Part shown: piece by piece, positions 61,672 to 64,000 of the stretch | How the letters are laid out: the number at the start of each line of letters is the position of its first letter | Numbering within the stretch: the stretch's first letter is position 1 | NCBI RefSeq assembly: GCF_963921235.1 | Contig: NC_086097.1 | Coordinates: 233,928,001 to 233,992,000 of the forward strand | From: Mobula hypostoma | Taxonomy: Eukaryota | Direction: 5' to 3' | DNA: 64,000 nt | Position numbers and translations under genes: made by a program | Notes under the pieces: model-generated | The model's database searches: none | The model's input: only the letters and a program-made list of their open reading frames with translations | What the model was told of the DNA's origin: nothing

Positions 61672-63570
61672 ATATAACCATATAACCATATAACAATTAC
61701 AGCATGGAAACAGGCCATCTCGGCCCTTCTAGTCCGCACCGAGCTCTTACTCTCACCTAGTCCCAACGACCTGCACTCGGCCCATAACCCTCCATTCCTT
61801 TCCTGTCCATATATCTATCCAATTTAACTTTAAGCGACAACATCGAACCTGCTTCAACCAATTCTACTGGAAGCTCGTTCCACACAGCTACCACTCTCTG
61901 AGTAAAGAAGTTCCCCCTCATGTTACCCCTAAACTTTTGCCCTTTAACTCTCAACTCATGTCCTCATGTTTGAATCTCCCCCACTCTAAATGGAAAAAGC
62001 CTATCCACGTCAACTCTATCAATCCCCCTCATAATTTTAAACACCTCTATCAAGTCCCCCCTCAACATTCTATGCTGCAAAGAATAAAGAGCTAACTTGT
62101 TCAACCTTTCTCTGTAACTTAGGAGATGAAACCCAGGCAACATTCTAGTAAATCTCCTCTGTACTCTCTCAATTTTATTGACATCTTTCCTATAATTCGG
62201 TGACCACAACTGTACACAATACTCCAAATTTGGCCTTACCAATGCCTTATACAATTTCAACATTACATCCCAACTCCTATACTCAACGCTCTGATTAATA
62301 AAGGCCAGCATACCAAAAGCTTTCTTCACCACCCTAATCACATGAGATTCCACCTTCAGGGAACAATGCACCATTATTCCTAGATCATTCTGTTCTACAG
62401 CATTCTTCAATGCTCTACCATTTACCATATATGTCCTATTTTGACTAGTCCTACCAAAATGTAGCACCTCACATTTTTCAGCATTAAACTGCATCTGCCA
62501 TCTTTCAGCCCACCCTCCTAACTGGCCTAAATCTCTCTGCAAGCTTTGAAAATCTACTTCATTATCCACAACGCCACCTATCTTAGTATCATCTGCATAC
62601 TTACTAATCCAATGTACCACCCCATCATCCAGATCATTAATATATATGACAAACAACATTGGACCCAGTACAGATCCCTGAGGCACACCACTAGTCACCG
62701 GCCTCCAACCTGACAAACAGTTATCCACCACTACTCTCTGGTGTCTCCCATCCAGCCACTCCTGAATCCATTTTACTACTTCGATATTAATGCATAACGA
62801 TTGAACCTTCCTAACTAACCTTCCATGTGGAACTTTGTCAAAGGCCTTACTGAAGTCCATATAGACAACATCCACCGCTTTACCCTCGTCAACTTTCCTA
62901 GTAACCTCTTCAAAAAATTCAATAAGGTTTGTCAAACAATATACAATAGGTGCAGGAGTAGGCCATTCGGTCCTTCGAGCCAGCACCGCCATCCACTGTG
63001 ATCATGGCTGATCATCCACTATCAGTATCCAGTTCCTGCCTTATCTCCTTCCACGTACATGACCTTCCACGCACAAATCCATGTTGACTGTTCCTAATCA
63101 GACCCTGTCTATCCAGATAATTATATACACCATCTCTAAGAATACTTTCCATCAATTTACCCACCACTGATGTCAAACTCACAGGCCGATAATTGCTAGG
63201 TTTACTCTTAGAACTCTTTTTAAACAATGGAACCACATGAGCAATACGCCAATCCTCCGGCACCATCCCCGTTTCTAATGACATTTGAAATATTTCTGTC
63301 AGAGCCCCTGCTATTTCCACACTAACTTCCCTCAAGGTCCTAGGGAATATCTTGTCCAGACCCGGAGACTTATCCACTTTTATATTCCTTAAGAGCGCCA
63401 GTACTTCCTCTGCTTTAATCATCATACTTTCCATAACTACCCTTCTTGTTTCCTTTACCTTACACAATTCAATATCCTTCTCCTTAGTGAATACCGAAGA
63501 AAAGAAATTGTTCAAAATCTCCCCCATCTCTTTTAGCTCCACACATAGCCGGCCACTTTGATTCTTAAGA
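61672..63570 (-). mobile_element. 5'-truncated CR1 LINE ORF2, interrupted by a second CR1 stub
   Basis: KSPGLD, NYRPVSLT, QHGF, DFSKAFD, VPQGSVLGP, YADD. Confidence 0.96.
62937..63055 (-). mobile_element. CR1 3' stub nested inside CR1 RT
   Basis: caataggtgcaggagtaggccattcgg; splits the host GRSC|LTNLIEFF sequence. Confidence 0.9.
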
Positions 63571-63839
63571 TACATCTTAAGATAGATCTTAAGATATTAC
63601 CTAAGAAGAAATAATAATGCTTAATAACATTGTAATGACATGAACATATAAAGCAGTAACAGGGGTAGACCACTGAGTCCCCAAAACCTATTTGACATTT
63701 AATAAGATCATGGCCTACTGACTATAAATCCAAACTTGCATTTTTGTTTAGCACTGTAATCTTTGACTCCCTTGTTTATTGAATGCCTATTTACCTCTGC
63801 CATAAACTTATGCAAAGGCTCTGATATAAAAATGTCACA

Positions 63840-64000
63840 TCATCCTCCCCTTCTACTGTATATGCACCCACTCACCTAGTGTCACCTTTCACCCGCTGGC
63901 TTGTACTCCTTCCCCTTCCCCACTTTTTGATTCTGGCGCCTTTCCCCTTCCTTTTCAGTCTTGATGAAGGGTCTTGACCCAAAACGTTGACAGTTCATTC
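63840..64000 (+). mobile_element. Penelope-derived pLTR with degenerate hammerhead, cut by window edge
   Basis: Pyrimidine-rich leader, then cagtc-ttgatga-agggtcttgaccc-aaaac-gtt-gacag. Confidence 0.8.

Overview
Eukaryotic, repeat-saturated non-genic or intronic DNA. The mix of CR1 LINEs, HE1-like tRNA SINEs and Rex1/Babar LINEs suggests a cartilaginous fish, possibly a ray (inference only). No host protein-coding gene could be identified, and nearly all long ORFs are transposon-derived or antisense shadows of transposons. Contents: many CR1 fragments (some very young and near-identical), Rex1/Babar fragments, two decayed Gypsy elements, several solo LTRs, Tc1 and PIF/Harbinger DNA transposons, several SINE families, and Penelope-like element (PLE) remnants. 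The most notable signal is a dispersed family of short (about 160-230 bp) palindromic insertions. Three carry 13-15 bp target-site duplications, and their fold-back centre lies in or beside a minimal type I hammerhead ribozyme motif. The best copy (45014-45204) is a perfect 191-bp palindrome with the hammerhead core on both strands. Two other PLE families add distinct hammerhead motifs at 24188 and 49357. An unexplained duplicated 35-nt hairpin motif (about 15.8 and 19.3 kb) also deserves a check. Boundaries of old repeats are approximate (tens of bp), and family names come from motif recognition, not database searches.
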